Positions 56,601 through 64,000 of a stretch of DNA of 64,000 bases are shown in pieces. The stretch comes from Rickettsiales bacterium. GTDB lineage: Bacteria; Pseudomonadota; Alphaproteobacteria; G027485855. Under the pieces are notes generated by a model that ran no database searches, was not told where the DNA came from, and saw nothing but the letters and a program-made list of their open reading frames with translations. The position numbers and the translations under genes were made by a program. The stretch lies in assembly GCA_027485855.1 (NCBI GenBank), contig JAIXQD010000019.1, positions 146,256-210,255 on the forward strand, in the 5' to 3' direction. How positions within the stretch are numbered: position 1 is the first letter of the stretch; every line of letters begins with the position of its first letter.

Positions 56601-58525
56601 AGATTGCCAACCACATTATTTTGACTGCTGGTCACAGTCACTTCACGCTGCTGACCATTCCACAGACCATTCAGCACATTGCTGGCCAATGGGCTGCTGG
56701 CGCAATAAGCCGGATTGCTGCCTGAAGGCACAAAGGTGGCGTTTGTCACAGGGCCATCGCCACCGGTCACGGTGACTGGCACGCGTGCCCCTGGCGTGTT
56801 GCCTGTGGGGGTGCCAACAGTCAGCCTCAGTGGCACTGACACGATGGGTGTGCAAGTGCTGCTGACAATGGACCAAGCGCTATTGACGTTGCACTGGTTG
56901 CCCACATTAAGCGTGCGGCGCTCGGTGATGGTGCCAGTGGTGCCTGCTGCGCAGGGCGTGCTGGTACGATCTTCGGTGCTCTCGGTGCAGATGGGGGCGC
57001 AAGTATTGCTGACCACGGCCCAGTTACCATTGGTGCCGCAGACATTACCAACATTGGTGGTGCGACGCTCGGTGATGGTGCCAGCCTGACCCGTGGGGCA
57101 AGGCGTGCTGGTGCGGTTTTCAGTGCCTTCGGTGCAGACGGGGGCGCAAGTGTTGCTCACCACCGACCAGTTACCATTGGTGCCGCAGACATTACCAACA
57201 TTGATGGTGCGGGTTTCAGTAATGGTGCCAGCCTGACCCGATGGGCAAGGCGTGCTGGTGCGGGTTTGAGTATCTTCGACGCATGCGGGCGGGATGGGCG
57301 CGCAAGTGTTGCTGACCACGGCCCAATCACCATTGACGCCACACACAGTGCCAACATTGGTGGTGCGACGCTCGGTGATGGTGCCTTGCTGACCCGATGG
57401 GCAAGGTGTGCTGGTGCGATCTTCAGTGCCTTCAGTGCAGGCATTGGGGAAACGCAGCGTATCGCAAGCGCTTTCATTGACGCCATTGGTCACGCAAACG
57501 CGCCAAGCGCAATTGGGCTTATTGGTCGAGGCATAGGGGCGTGTTTGGCCAAACCACAAACCATTCAGCGAGGCATTGCCGCTATTGGGGTTGGCAACAT
57601 CGGTATTGCTGCCTTGCGTAAACAAGCTGAGCGTACCGCAATTGCTGGGGTTGTTGTTAATGGGCGTAATCACCGCATTGGTGACCGGCCAGCGATTGCC
57701 GCCAACGATAAAATCAAAGTTGCGGCGGCCTGTGTCGGTTGAGGTTGACGGGCCAGTGATGGTGAGTGTCAAAGGCTGCTGCGGTGAGCAGGTGCTGCCA
57801 GCGAATGTCCATGGGCCGTTAACGCCGCAAACATTGCCAACGCTTGTTGTACGACGCTCGATGACATTGCCGGTTTGACCTTGTGGGCAAGCGCCGATAT
57901 TGCGCGTTTCTTCGTCTTCGACGCATGAGGGCGGAATGGGCGCGCAAGTGTTGCTGACTACCGTCCAAGCGCTGTTCACGCCGCAAACAGTGCCAACATT
58001 AAGGGTGCGACGCTCAGTGATGACACCATTTTCGCCTTGTGGGCATGGTGTTGAGGTGCGGTCTTCGGTGCTGACGGTGCAAGCGTTGCAGCTGCCGGTT
58101 TCGCTGGTCAGCAGCCAGACGCCGCCATCGCAGCTATAATTTGCGGTAAAGCCGTTATTGGTGCCACCACGCAGCGTGGCAAGCTGACCTTTGGCGCCAC
58201 GGGGCAAGGTTTGTGGTGCGCCGCAAATTTGGGTTGTGGCTGAAACGCAGCAAAAATCAACGGTGGTGCCAGCGGGTTGATTATTTTTGAAGGCGTTGAA
58301 ATCATCGGTGGAACCAAAGGACATGGTCAAAAAGCGGGTGCCCGAGCTATTGGTGATAGTGATGCAAGCTTCTCTTGGGCCTTGTGGGTTGCCTGTGCCG
58401 GCCGGACGCTCGCCGACCCAGTTGCGATTGACATAAACAGGAACTCCGTTGCTCTGCGCATAAGCTGTGCCGGCTGTACACAGCACCAAAACAACACTCA
58501 GAGCCTTGAGAATTTGCTTAATCAT
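53684..58525 (-). CDS. 1613-aa secreted repeat protein: 12 four-Cys modules, 8 larger repeat domains and an Asn/Thr-rich tail
   Basis: Has the signal peptide MIKQILKALSVVLVLCTAGTAYA. The module consensus is C.EGTEDRTSTPCPSGQAGTITERRTTNVGN.CG.NG.W.VVSNTC.P. The C-terminus ends in GFNWNIFGW. Confidence 0.85.
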   Translation of the reverse strand: MIKQILKALSVVLVLCTAGTAYAQSNGVPVYVNRNWVGERPAGTGNPQGPREACITITNSSGTRFLTMSFGSTDDFNAFKNNQPAGTTVDFCCVSATTQICGAPQTLPRGAKGQLATLRGGTNNGFTANYSCDGGVWLLTSETGSCNACTVSTEDRTSTPCPQGENGVITERRTLNVGTVCGVNSAWTVVSNTCAPIPPSCVEDEETRNIGACPQGQTGNVIERRTTSVGNVCGVNGPWTFAGSTCSPQQPLTLTITGPSTSTDTGRRNFDFIVGGNRWPVTNAVITPINNNPSNCGTLSLFTQGSNTDVANPNSGNASLNGLWFGQTRPYASTNKPNCAWRVCVTNGVNESACDTLRFPNACTEGTEDRTSTPCPSGQQGTITERRTTNVGTVCGVNGDWAVVSNTCAPIPPACVEDTQTRTSTPCPSGQAGTITETRTINVGNVCGTNGNWSVVSNTCAPVCTEGTENRTSTPCPTGQAGTITERRTTNVGNVCGTNGNWAVVSNTCAPICTESTEDRTSTPCAAGTTGTITERRTLNVGNQCNVNSAWSIVSSTCTPIVSVPLRLTVGTPTGNTPGARVPVTVTGGDGPVTNATFVPSGSNPAYCASSPLASNVLNGLWNGQQREVTVTSSQNNVVGNLAGCVYRTCVTNAQNQEDCDTLSFPGSPAPLTLDLGTPTNDNGSGRTVPATVGGGRNPVTSATVERFFGEPADCPAEPFVNGATSALQGLWNGASRVTNLNANIGTCNYWVCVTNTAQERACDNLLTARTCREGSEERVRTDACPAGQQGTVTERRTTNVGSQCGVNSAWTPVSNTCTPVPTDPLRLTVGTPSGYQPGSTVPFNVKGDIGPVTNSSYALRSDSPSTCPFNPFPLNALNGLWKDQSRTLTVNTPVQVINTTSTNCNNGVCTTVNSSSTVGGLAGCVYAVCVSNDAGEQSCGPLAFPPAPVPYSVDVGTPTGSNVPVTVGGGRGPTTSTAVSRVPNSPSYCPADPFGSTALNGLYNGQSRNIPVWMHVAGCSYNICGSTAFDETDCDQVTFPISCAQATEDRTSTQCPSGQAGTITERRTVNVNNQCNVNGEWAVVSNTCAPVCTQGSETRTSTPCPSGQSGTITETRTTNVGNQCNVNGEWTVTANTCTPIIVAVPLGIDVGTPTGNNGTVTVTITGNRGQVTGASIVPANNNPAYCSADPFNVGGIIANAPALTEFPLAYWNGLWKGANKTDAVSSGGNGCAYTICVTNRVAWAEPHSSQSAEGPQGTSLALVNETACDDLVFGGQPAPYTVSTGTPTSTGVLLVVEGGRGPTTSTDVTRTPNSPSYCPANPFGSNALNGLYNGQSRNVAISVHVAGCGYSICGNNAFNERDCDDVRFPIVCAQANENRNSTQCPSGQAGTISERRTVNVNNQCGVNGEWAVTSNTCAQICNEGSETRNSTPCPSGQAGTITETRSTNVGNQCGVNGNWTVTSNTCAPVCVQSTEVRARSGFGACPNGMVGSVTEQRVVNRGGQCGNNSDWEITSSACVPMNTNTNTNTNTNTNSNTSTSSNTNSNTNSNINTVNNTNSNSNTVVGGNTNVNVSNTNTNSNTVVGDNTNVNVSNSNSNTNTNTGFNWNIFGW
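53687..53959 (-). repeat. Coding imperfect hexanucleotide (AAC-ACC/AGC)n microsatellite plus a tandem duplication of about 60 nt
   Basis: Encodes NTNTNTNTNTNSNTSTSSNTNSNTNSN...NSNTVVGGNTNVNVSNTN / NSNTVVGDNTNVNVSNSN. Confidence 0.8.
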
Positions 58526-58970
58526 TTTTATGTCCTTTGCAACATTGGGTTATATTTTTAAGGGCCATACGCTTCAATTACCTAAAACAAGGGGGGGCTA
58601 AATATACCAGCCCTTGCAATGCGCATAGCTCTGCCAAAAAAATGGCCACACGGGGTTTTATACACTATTTTTCCGGAAGTGTAATACTTTCGTGTGGGGA
58701 CGTTATAAAAAAGTGCAAGACCCTGCAATTTTGGCATGAATGAACCCAATAAGCCGAAGATTGGTCGGAAATAATCGTCCTATCTTTGACAGCAACGCAT
58801 TAAAGAGGCGTAAATTAAAGCCATGCGGCGGCTTTTTGCTAAAAATTGCGCAATTATGGTTAATGGCGCTTAATTTATATTGCCCCCAACGCGTCCGGCC
58901 AAGAACGATTACACCTAAGAGCCTTTTGTTTTTTGCAAAAATTTTGGACTGTTTCTGTTATGATGTTTGT

Positions 58971-59249
58971 ATGTTTTATTTAATTATACTTGGCATTGCC
59001 GTTATGCTGGCGTGGGCAGAGGCTAAAGACTCTTATCGCAATCCGTGGCTGCATGCTGGTATGGCGCTGCTGTTTCCGCCCTTATGTTTTATTGTTTTTT
59101 TATTGCCGCGTCTGTCGCCGCCTGCTCCTGCTGTTTTGCCGCAAGATAATGACTATCCCGCGCAAGCAGTGCCGCTGTTTCAAACGCAGTTAGCCAGCGG
59201 CGCGTTAGCCGTGACCACGCCTCAATCTCGCAATAACCAAAATGCTTAA
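58971..59249 (+). CDS. Small two-TM membrane protein (start uncertain)
   Basis: MFYLIILGIAVMLAWAE...LLFPPLCFIVFLLP. The upstream part of the 169-aa ORF-track model looks non-coding. Confidence 0.35.
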   Translation: MFYLIILGIAVMLAWAEAKDSYRNPWLHAGMALLFPPLCFIVFLLPRLSPPAPAVLPQDNDYPAQAVPLFQTQLASGALAVTTPQSRNNQNA

Positions 59250-59262
59250 ATAAGCTGCGGGT

Positions 59263-60867
59263 TTAACTAATGCGCAGTAATTGCCAGCGCCAAAGGCAAG
59301 GCTGCTGTGCTGTGTGCCGTAGCGACACCAGCAAATGCTGGTTAGCCTCGACCGTGCCACCGCTGCAATAGAGGCCAGTTTCAAGGCTTAACTGCGCTTG
59401 CAGCATGGTCTGATGATGCTCTTTATTATGGTCGGGCACAATCTGCCAGTGCCAAATCTGCCCATCGGGCATTGCTAAGATACAGCGCTGATTTTCTGTA
59501 TCTAATGATAATTTTATTTTTGGCGCAAAGTGCCAGCGCCAAGCAACCAGTAAACTGGGCGCACCCCCAACATCTTGCAGCGGCTGTAAACGCTCCTCGC
59601 CGGAAAGGCAGGTGCCCTCATGATTTAGGCTTAAGCTGCGCGCCACACGATAACCAAAATTATCGGCATACCCATCATGGCTGACATCAAGCCTTTGCCC
59701 ACCTGCTTCAGCACTGCGAGTCACAATCGGTGGCAGGGGTGGCTCGTGCAGGTTGTTGTCTTTAAGCGGGAAGGCGTTGGTATCATCAAGGCAAATGGTG
59801 CTGTGCGCCGCCGTGGTGGCAAGCGCTTGCGCATAAGAGCTGTGATAATCGCCCGCACTTTTTGGGTGCACGCCGCTATTCACAATAAGCCGTTCGGTGC
59901 CAAGACTAAACTCAAAGGCCAAGGTGCTGGCATGGGGCCAGCCCTGTTGTGGTGGCAAACCGCAATCGATAATCGCCACGGCCGCGCCCGCACCTAAACG
60001 CTGCCAGCCACCCAATAAAAGTTGCGGCACAGTTTTAGCACTATGTGCGGCATGCGCTAAAACGGCATCGATGAGCACGGCATCCGTTGCCATGCTGCTG
60101 CCCGCGCCATGAAACAGCGCAAGGCCACCATCGCCATGACGCAAACTGCGCAAGGCCGGTGCTGCTTGATGAATGGCTTGATCAAGCCGGCTGGGTGCCG
60201 CAAGCCGCGCTTGGCGCAGATTAAGCCGTATTTCTACCAGATGCCGTAATATCAGCAATAAATCTTGTGGGTTGCGCGAGGCCGGCGCGCCATCGGGCAG
60301 CAGCAACTGATTAAGCGCATGCGGCAAAAGTTGCAGCCCCAAATGCGTGCAATATTCAAGCCCACGCAAAGCCAGCCCCGCATAAATTAAGGCGCGCACC
60401 ACATCAAGCTGCGGCAGACCTGGGCTGGCACTATTGTAAGTTTGCGCCAAATGACGCGCCTGCATCCATAAGGCCGCCAGCGGCATGGGCGCATAATCGG
60501 CAAAGCACAAACCATGCGCCAGACGTTGCGCTAAAATATCGGGGTGCCACAAAGTGGGGCTAAAGCGCCCATGGCTTTGCCACCATTGCTGCACCAGTAA
60601 TTGCGCTTGTTGTTTTGCCGCAAGGCTGCCTTCGGCGCGCAAATCGCGCAGGAAAGCAAATTGATGAAGCGGTGAATTTTCCGGCCATTCGGCAGGCGAG
60701 ATAGGGTTATCTAAAAGCGGCGCTGCTGCATCGGCCCTACCCGGCCATGGGTCGGACGGCATATGTGCAGATAAACCCGTGGCACCTGCGGCAAGCCAGC
60801 TTTGATAAAAGCCTGATTGAAAAATTGGCCGCAACCAATGTGCGGGTAAGGCTGCCAGCAACGCCAT
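59263..60867 (-). CDS. Heparinase II/III-like family protein
   Basis: ATG at 60867 overlaps the rpe stop (TAATG). Its size and position downstream of rsmB-rpe match the heparinase II/III-like genes common in alphaproteobacteria. The ORF-track start at 60975 lies inside rpe. Confidence 0.65.
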   Translation of the reverse strand: MALLAALPAHWLRPIFQSGFYQSWLAAGATGLSAHMPSDPWPGRADAAAPLLDNPISPAEWPENSPLHQFAFLRDLRAEGSLAAKQQAQLLVQQWWQSHGRFSPTLWHPDILAQRLAHGLCFADYAPMPLAALWMQARHLAQTYNSASPGLPQLDVVRALIYAGLALRGLEYCTHLGLQLLPHALNQLLLPDGAPASRNPQDLLLILRHLVEIRLNLRQARLAAPSRLDQAIHQAAPALRSLRHGDGGLALFHGAGSSMATDAVLIDAVLAHAAHSAKTVPQLLLGGWQRLGAGAAVAIIDCGLPPQQGWPHASTLAFEFSLGTERLIVNSGVHPKSAGDYHSSYAQALATTAAHSTICLDDTNAFPLKDNNLHEPPLPPIVTRSAEAGGQRLDVSHDGYADNFGYRVARSLSLNHEGTCLSGEERLQPLQDVGGAPSLLVAWRWHFAPKIKLSLDTENQRCILAMPDGQIWHWQIVPDHNKEHHQTMLQAQLSLETGLYCSGGTVEANQHLLVSLRHTAQQPCLWRWQLLRIS

Positions 60868-61538
60868 TAGCCAGCGCCTTGCTGGCGGAGTGCGGCGATA
60901 TTTTGCGCATAATGGGTGGCACCACCCTGCACTAAAGCTGTGCCGGCCACCAGCACATCGGTGCCTGCCGCACAAAGGCTGCGCGCATTGGCAAGATTAA
61001 CGCCGCCATCAACCACAATGGCGACAGGCTGTGTGGTGCTATTCAGCATCTGACGCAAGGCAGTAATTTTTGCCTCTAGCGGAATATAATCCTGCCCGCC
61101 AAAGCCTGGGTTGACAGTCATGACTAAAACCAAATCTAATAAAGGCAGCACATGCGCCAAACTATCGATGCTGGTGGCCGGATTAAGCGCCACACCGGCT
61201 TTTTTACCGAGCGATTTTATCAGTTGCAGCGAGCGGTGCAGATGCGGCCCCGCTTCTGGGTGAATGGTGATATGGTCGGCACCCGCTGCGGCAAAGGCCG
61301 GAATTAAACCATCGACCGGCGCAATCATCAGGTGCACATCGAAGGGTTTTTGGCTAAAGGGGCGCAGCGCTTTCACCATTTGCGGGCCAAAAGTGAGGTT
61401 TGGCACAAAATGGCCGTCCATCACATCAAGATGCAGCCAATCAGCGCCGGCGGCATCGAGCGCGCGCACTTCTGCGCCAAGCTGGGCAAAATCGTAAGCC
61501 AGCAAAGAGGGCGCGATGAGTGGTGAGTAAGCAGACAT
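60867..61538 (-). CDS. rpe: Ribulose-phosphate 3-epimerase
   Basis: Has LHLDVMDGHFVPN, DVHLM, and MTVNPGFGGQ. Confidence 0.95.
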   Translation of the reverse strand: MSAYSPLIAPSLLAYDFAQLGAEVRALDAAGADWLHLDVMDGHFVPNLTFGPQMVKALRPFSQKPFDVHLMIAPVDGLIPAFAAAGADHITIHPEAGPHLHRSLQLIKSLGKKAGVALNPATSIDSLAHVLPLLDLVLVMTVNPGFGGQDYIPLEAKITALRQMLNSTTQPVAIVVDGGVNLANARSLCAAGTDVLVAGTALVQGGATHYAQNIAALRQQGAG

Positions 61539-61655
61539 GGCGCAAGTTTAGCCGCTCTTATCGATTCTGCCCAGAGTAACTAAAGAGTGAATCTAAGAGA
61601 CGAATCTGGGGGGCGAATCTGGGGCAGGCTTAGTTCTTTTGACTAATGTTTTTGA

Positions 61656-62957
61656 CTAATGCTTTTTGAGGCGCGCGGCATAAAAACCATCGCAGCCGAT
61701 TTGTTCTGCCAATAAATCGGGGCGGGTGTGCAACTCGCCCAAAGGCGTTAAAAACGCCGTGCGCCCGTCAATTTCGGCGGGCATAATCGGGCTGCGGCTA
61801 AAATTAGGGTGTTGCGCTAAAAAGGCCGCAATTTGCTGCGCGCCCTCCTCGGGCTGCAAAGAGCAGACCGCATAAACCAAGCTGCCACCTTGTGCCACAA
61901 AACCAGCAGCGCGTTTAAGCAAAGCCTGCTGCATGGCACACAAGCGGGTGATGTCGGCCGCGCTTTTCAGCCATGGCAAATCTGGGTGACGGCGAATAAT
62001 GCCAGTGCCGCTGCAAGGCGCATCGAGCAACACCGCATCAAAAGTCTTGCTTGGCGTCCAAGCCAGCGCATCGGCACACACCACATCGGCCGAAAGTTTG
62101 AGTCTGGCCATATTTTGCTGCAAACGCTGCAAACGCGGTGCCGAATTATCAAGCGCGGTTACAGTGGCGCCCTGCTGCGCGAGCCACGCGGTTTTGCCGC
62201 CAGGGGCCGCGCATAAATCTAAGACCGCTTGGCCTTGTTGTGCTGGCACACAGCGCGCCACCAGTTGGGCGGCGTAATCTTGCACCCACCAATCGCCATC
62301 GCTAAAGCCGGCCAGTTCTTCGACAAGGCCGGCTTGTGTTAAGCGCACACTATGCTCGGCCAAAACTGTGCCGCCCAAAATTTGCGCCCATTCTGTTGCT
62401 GGTTTTTTGGTGGTGAGATCAAGCGGCGCTTCTTGCTGCAAGGCTTGCAGCAAATTGCGCGCTGCGGGCTCGCCATAGGCCTGAACCCAGCTTTGCCACA
62501 GCCATTCGGGCATATTAAGCCGCGCATCGAGTGCGGCAAAACTGGCCGATTGCTCGCTGGCCCTGCGCAACACCGCATTGACCAGCCCTTTTAGCCCCTG
62601 CTCTTTTGCGCCTAACAGGCCCACGGTTTGGCTGACTGCCGCATGTGCAGGCGTTTTAAGCAACAATAATTGCGCCACGCCCAAGCGCAAAATCAGCCAA
62701 ACAGAATCAGGAATTTTATCCGGCTCGCGCAGAAGCTTACGCAGCAACGCATCAATCTGGCCGATATGGCGTAATGTGCTGGCGGCCAGCAGGCGGGCAA
62801 AGCCGCGCTCGCGAGCAGGCAAAGCCGCATAGCTGGCCGTAGCCAAGGATTCATCCAGCGCCTGCCGCTGCACTAAAACCGCATGCAGCAGACGCAAGGC
62901 CTCGATGCGAGCGGGCGATGCAGTTGGCGTATTGGTTGCTGCCCCGCCGCGCACCAC
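61656..62957 (-). CDS. rsmB: 16S rRNA (cytosine967-C5)-methyltransferase
   Basis: Has a NusB-like N-domain and the SAM methyltransferase core VLDLCAAPGGKT, DAPCSGTG, and LVYAVCS. Confidence 0.9.
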   Translation of the reverse strand: MVRGGAATNTPTASPARIEALRLLHAVLVQRQALDESLATASYAALPARERGFARLLAASTLRHIGQIDALLRKLLREPDKIPDSVWLILRLGVAQLLLLKTPAHAAVSQTVGLLGAKEQGLKGLVNAVLRRASEQSASFAALDARLNMPEWLWQSWVQAYGEPAARNLLQALQQEAPLDLTTKKPATEWAQILGGTVLAEHSVRLTQAGLVEELAGFSDGDWWVQDYAAQLVARCVPAQQGQAVLDLCAAPGGKTAWLAQQGATVTALDNSAPRLQRLQQNMARLKLSADVVCADALAWTPSKTFDAVLLDAPCSGTGIIRRHPDLPWLKSAADITRLCAMQQALLKRAAGFVAQGGSLVYAVCSLQPEEGAQQIAAFLAQHPNFSRSPIMPAEIDGRTAFLTPLGELHTRPDLLAEQIGCDGFYAARLKKH

Positions 62958-63914
62958 TTAGCCCCAGGGCCCCGAGCGACGCTGAATGGGCAGGCTCTTT
63001 TGCGCATTTTTTGGCCGCACAACTGGGCTTTGCTCTGGCGCACGCTGCGCTATGGGGCTGGCGGCATCGGCAGCATTTTGTTGCGCCATTTCCATAAGCC
63101 GTGCAATGCGGTTTTCAGCCTTAGGGTGCGTAGAAAACAAGCCGTCAATTTTATGCGCATGCAGCGGGTTGATAATAAACATATGCGCCGTGGCGGGGTT
63201 GGCCTCGGCTGCGTGATTATCAATTTGCTTAGCAGCACCGCTGATTTTATTGAGCGCACTGGCCAAGGCCTCGGGCTTGCCATGAATTTCGGCGCCGACG
63301 CGGTCGGCCTCATATTCGCGGGTGCGGCTAATGGCCATTTGCACCACAACGGCCGCAATGGGTGCCACAATAGCCATCAGCAAAACGCCCATCGCGCCCA
63401 TGGGCGACTCGCGATTGCCACCAAACCACATGGCAAAATTACCAATGCTCGACAAAGCGCCCGCCATAGTGGCGGTCACCGTCATAATAAGCGTGTCACG
63501 GTTTTTGATGTGCGCCAGCTCGTGTGCCATAACGGCGGCCACTTCATCGCGGTTGAGTGTTTGCAACAAGCCAGTGGTGGCTGCAACCGCACCCTTTTGT
63601 GGATTGCGCCCCGTGGCAAAAGCATTGGGTTGGCTTTGCTCAATCAGATACACTTTGGGCATGGGCAATTGGGCTTTTTGCGCCAGATCTTGCACCATGT
63701 TGTAAAATTCGGGCGCGGTTTGTGCATCAACCTGCTTGGCGTTATACATACGCAGCACAATTTTATCCGAGTGCCAATAAGCGACAAAGTTGGTAATAGC
63801 CGCAATGCCCAGCGCAATGCCAAGACCGGCCGCACCGCCCAGCATAAAGCCAACGCCGCCAAATAATGCGGTCATACCGGCCAACAACATAAAAGTTTTT
63901 ACAATGCCCTTCAT
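62958..63914 (-). CDS. htpX: M48 zinc metalloprotease HtpX
   Basis: Has the [10 protein letters not shown] zinc motif and four TM segments. The stop abuts the rsmB start. Confidence 0.93.
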   Translation of the reverse strand: MKGIVKTFMLLAGMTALFGGVGFMLGGAAGLGIALGIAAITNFVAYWHSDKIVLRMYNAKQVDAQTAPEFYNMVQDLAQKAQLPMPKVYLIEQSQPNAFATGRNPQKGAVAATTGLLQTLNRDEVAAVMAHELAHIKNRDTLIMTVTATMAGALSSIGNFAMWFGGNRESPMGAMGVLLMAIVAPIAAVVVQMAISRTREYEADRVGAEIHGKPEALASALNKISGAAKQIDNHAAEANPATAHMFIINPLHAHKIDGLFSTHPKAENRIARLMEMAQQNAADAASPIAQRAPEQSPVVRPKNAQKSLPIQRRSGPWG

Positions 63915-64000
63915 CGTGACCTCCCTTTGGTTTTGTGTATTTCGCTCTTATATGTGGCGGTGACGAACAAAAGTGCAAGCAAAACCGGAAAAAGACCAAA

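Noticed and set aside
53700-58500. Highly repetitive DNA that could be taken for a CRISPR array or a satellite
   Set aside because: The repeats are in-frame coding modules of one 1613-aa ORF. Identity between copies is variable, there is no unique-spacer structure, and no cas genes are present.
61588-61661. Short tandem repeats (gaatct-containing units x3; ttttgactaatg x2) between rpe and rsmB
   Set aside because: The second repeat overlaps the rsmB stop codon. There is no RNA-structure or mobile-element signature, so information content is low.
62883-63866. 327-aa plus-strand ORF
   Set aside because: It is antisense to htpX, which has the HELAH zinc motif and TM topology. The plus-strand translation is low-complexity and His/Arg/Gly-rich.

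Overview
Chromosomal window from an alphaproteobacterium. The hallmarks are a divergent fliX/flgI pair with a sigma-54 promoter, a cheL-like rod-binding gene, and an rsmB-rpe-heparinase II/III arrangement. I cannot name the organism. The backbone is ordinary housekeeping: pgk; rplS-trmD-rimM-rpsP-ffh; ftsEX; plsC; cobS/cobT; gap; dksA; a flagellar flgI-cheL-fliK-flgD cluster; tesA-ybbA-ybbP; rpe; rsmB; htpX. Three accessory parts stand out. (1) A 25.5-kb, tightly packed, all-minus-strand block (18117-43613) sits between dksA and gap. It joins an R64/PAPI-1-style type IVb pilus set (pilL-N-O-P-Q-R-S-V) to only four Dot/Icm type IVB secretion genes (dotD-dotC-dotB-icmT). It also carries an SLT transglycosylase, a DsbC-like oxidoreductase and several ORFans. 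Within it are three paralogous exported proteins with a shared N-domain of about 430 aa. Their C-termini are a lysozyme-like domain, a CHAP/NlpC-P60 domain, or nothing. Each enzyme-bearing copy is translationally coupled to a small periplasmic protein, which looks like effector-immunity logic. The window shows no relaxase, coupling protein, other Dot/Icm core genes, integrase, tRNA or prepilin peptidase. (2) Two genes fuse a type IV prepilin-like N-terminus to phage tail-fibre modules. One is the pilV-position gene, which has a peptidase-S74-like intramolecular chaperone tail. The other is a giant ORF of at least 1363 codons at 1-4089 (minus) that is absent from the supplied ORF track because it runs off the window edge. 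(3) A 1613-aa secreted protein (53684-58525) is built from 12 copies of an unplaced four-cysteine module of about 50 aa, 8 larger repeat domains, and an Asn/Thr microsatellite-encoded tail. My best candidate for an undescribed system is a type IVb pilus/partial-T4BSS hybrid that displays tail-fibre-tipped pilins and exports polymorphic peptidoglycan hydrolases. That interpretation is inference from domain content and synteny only.
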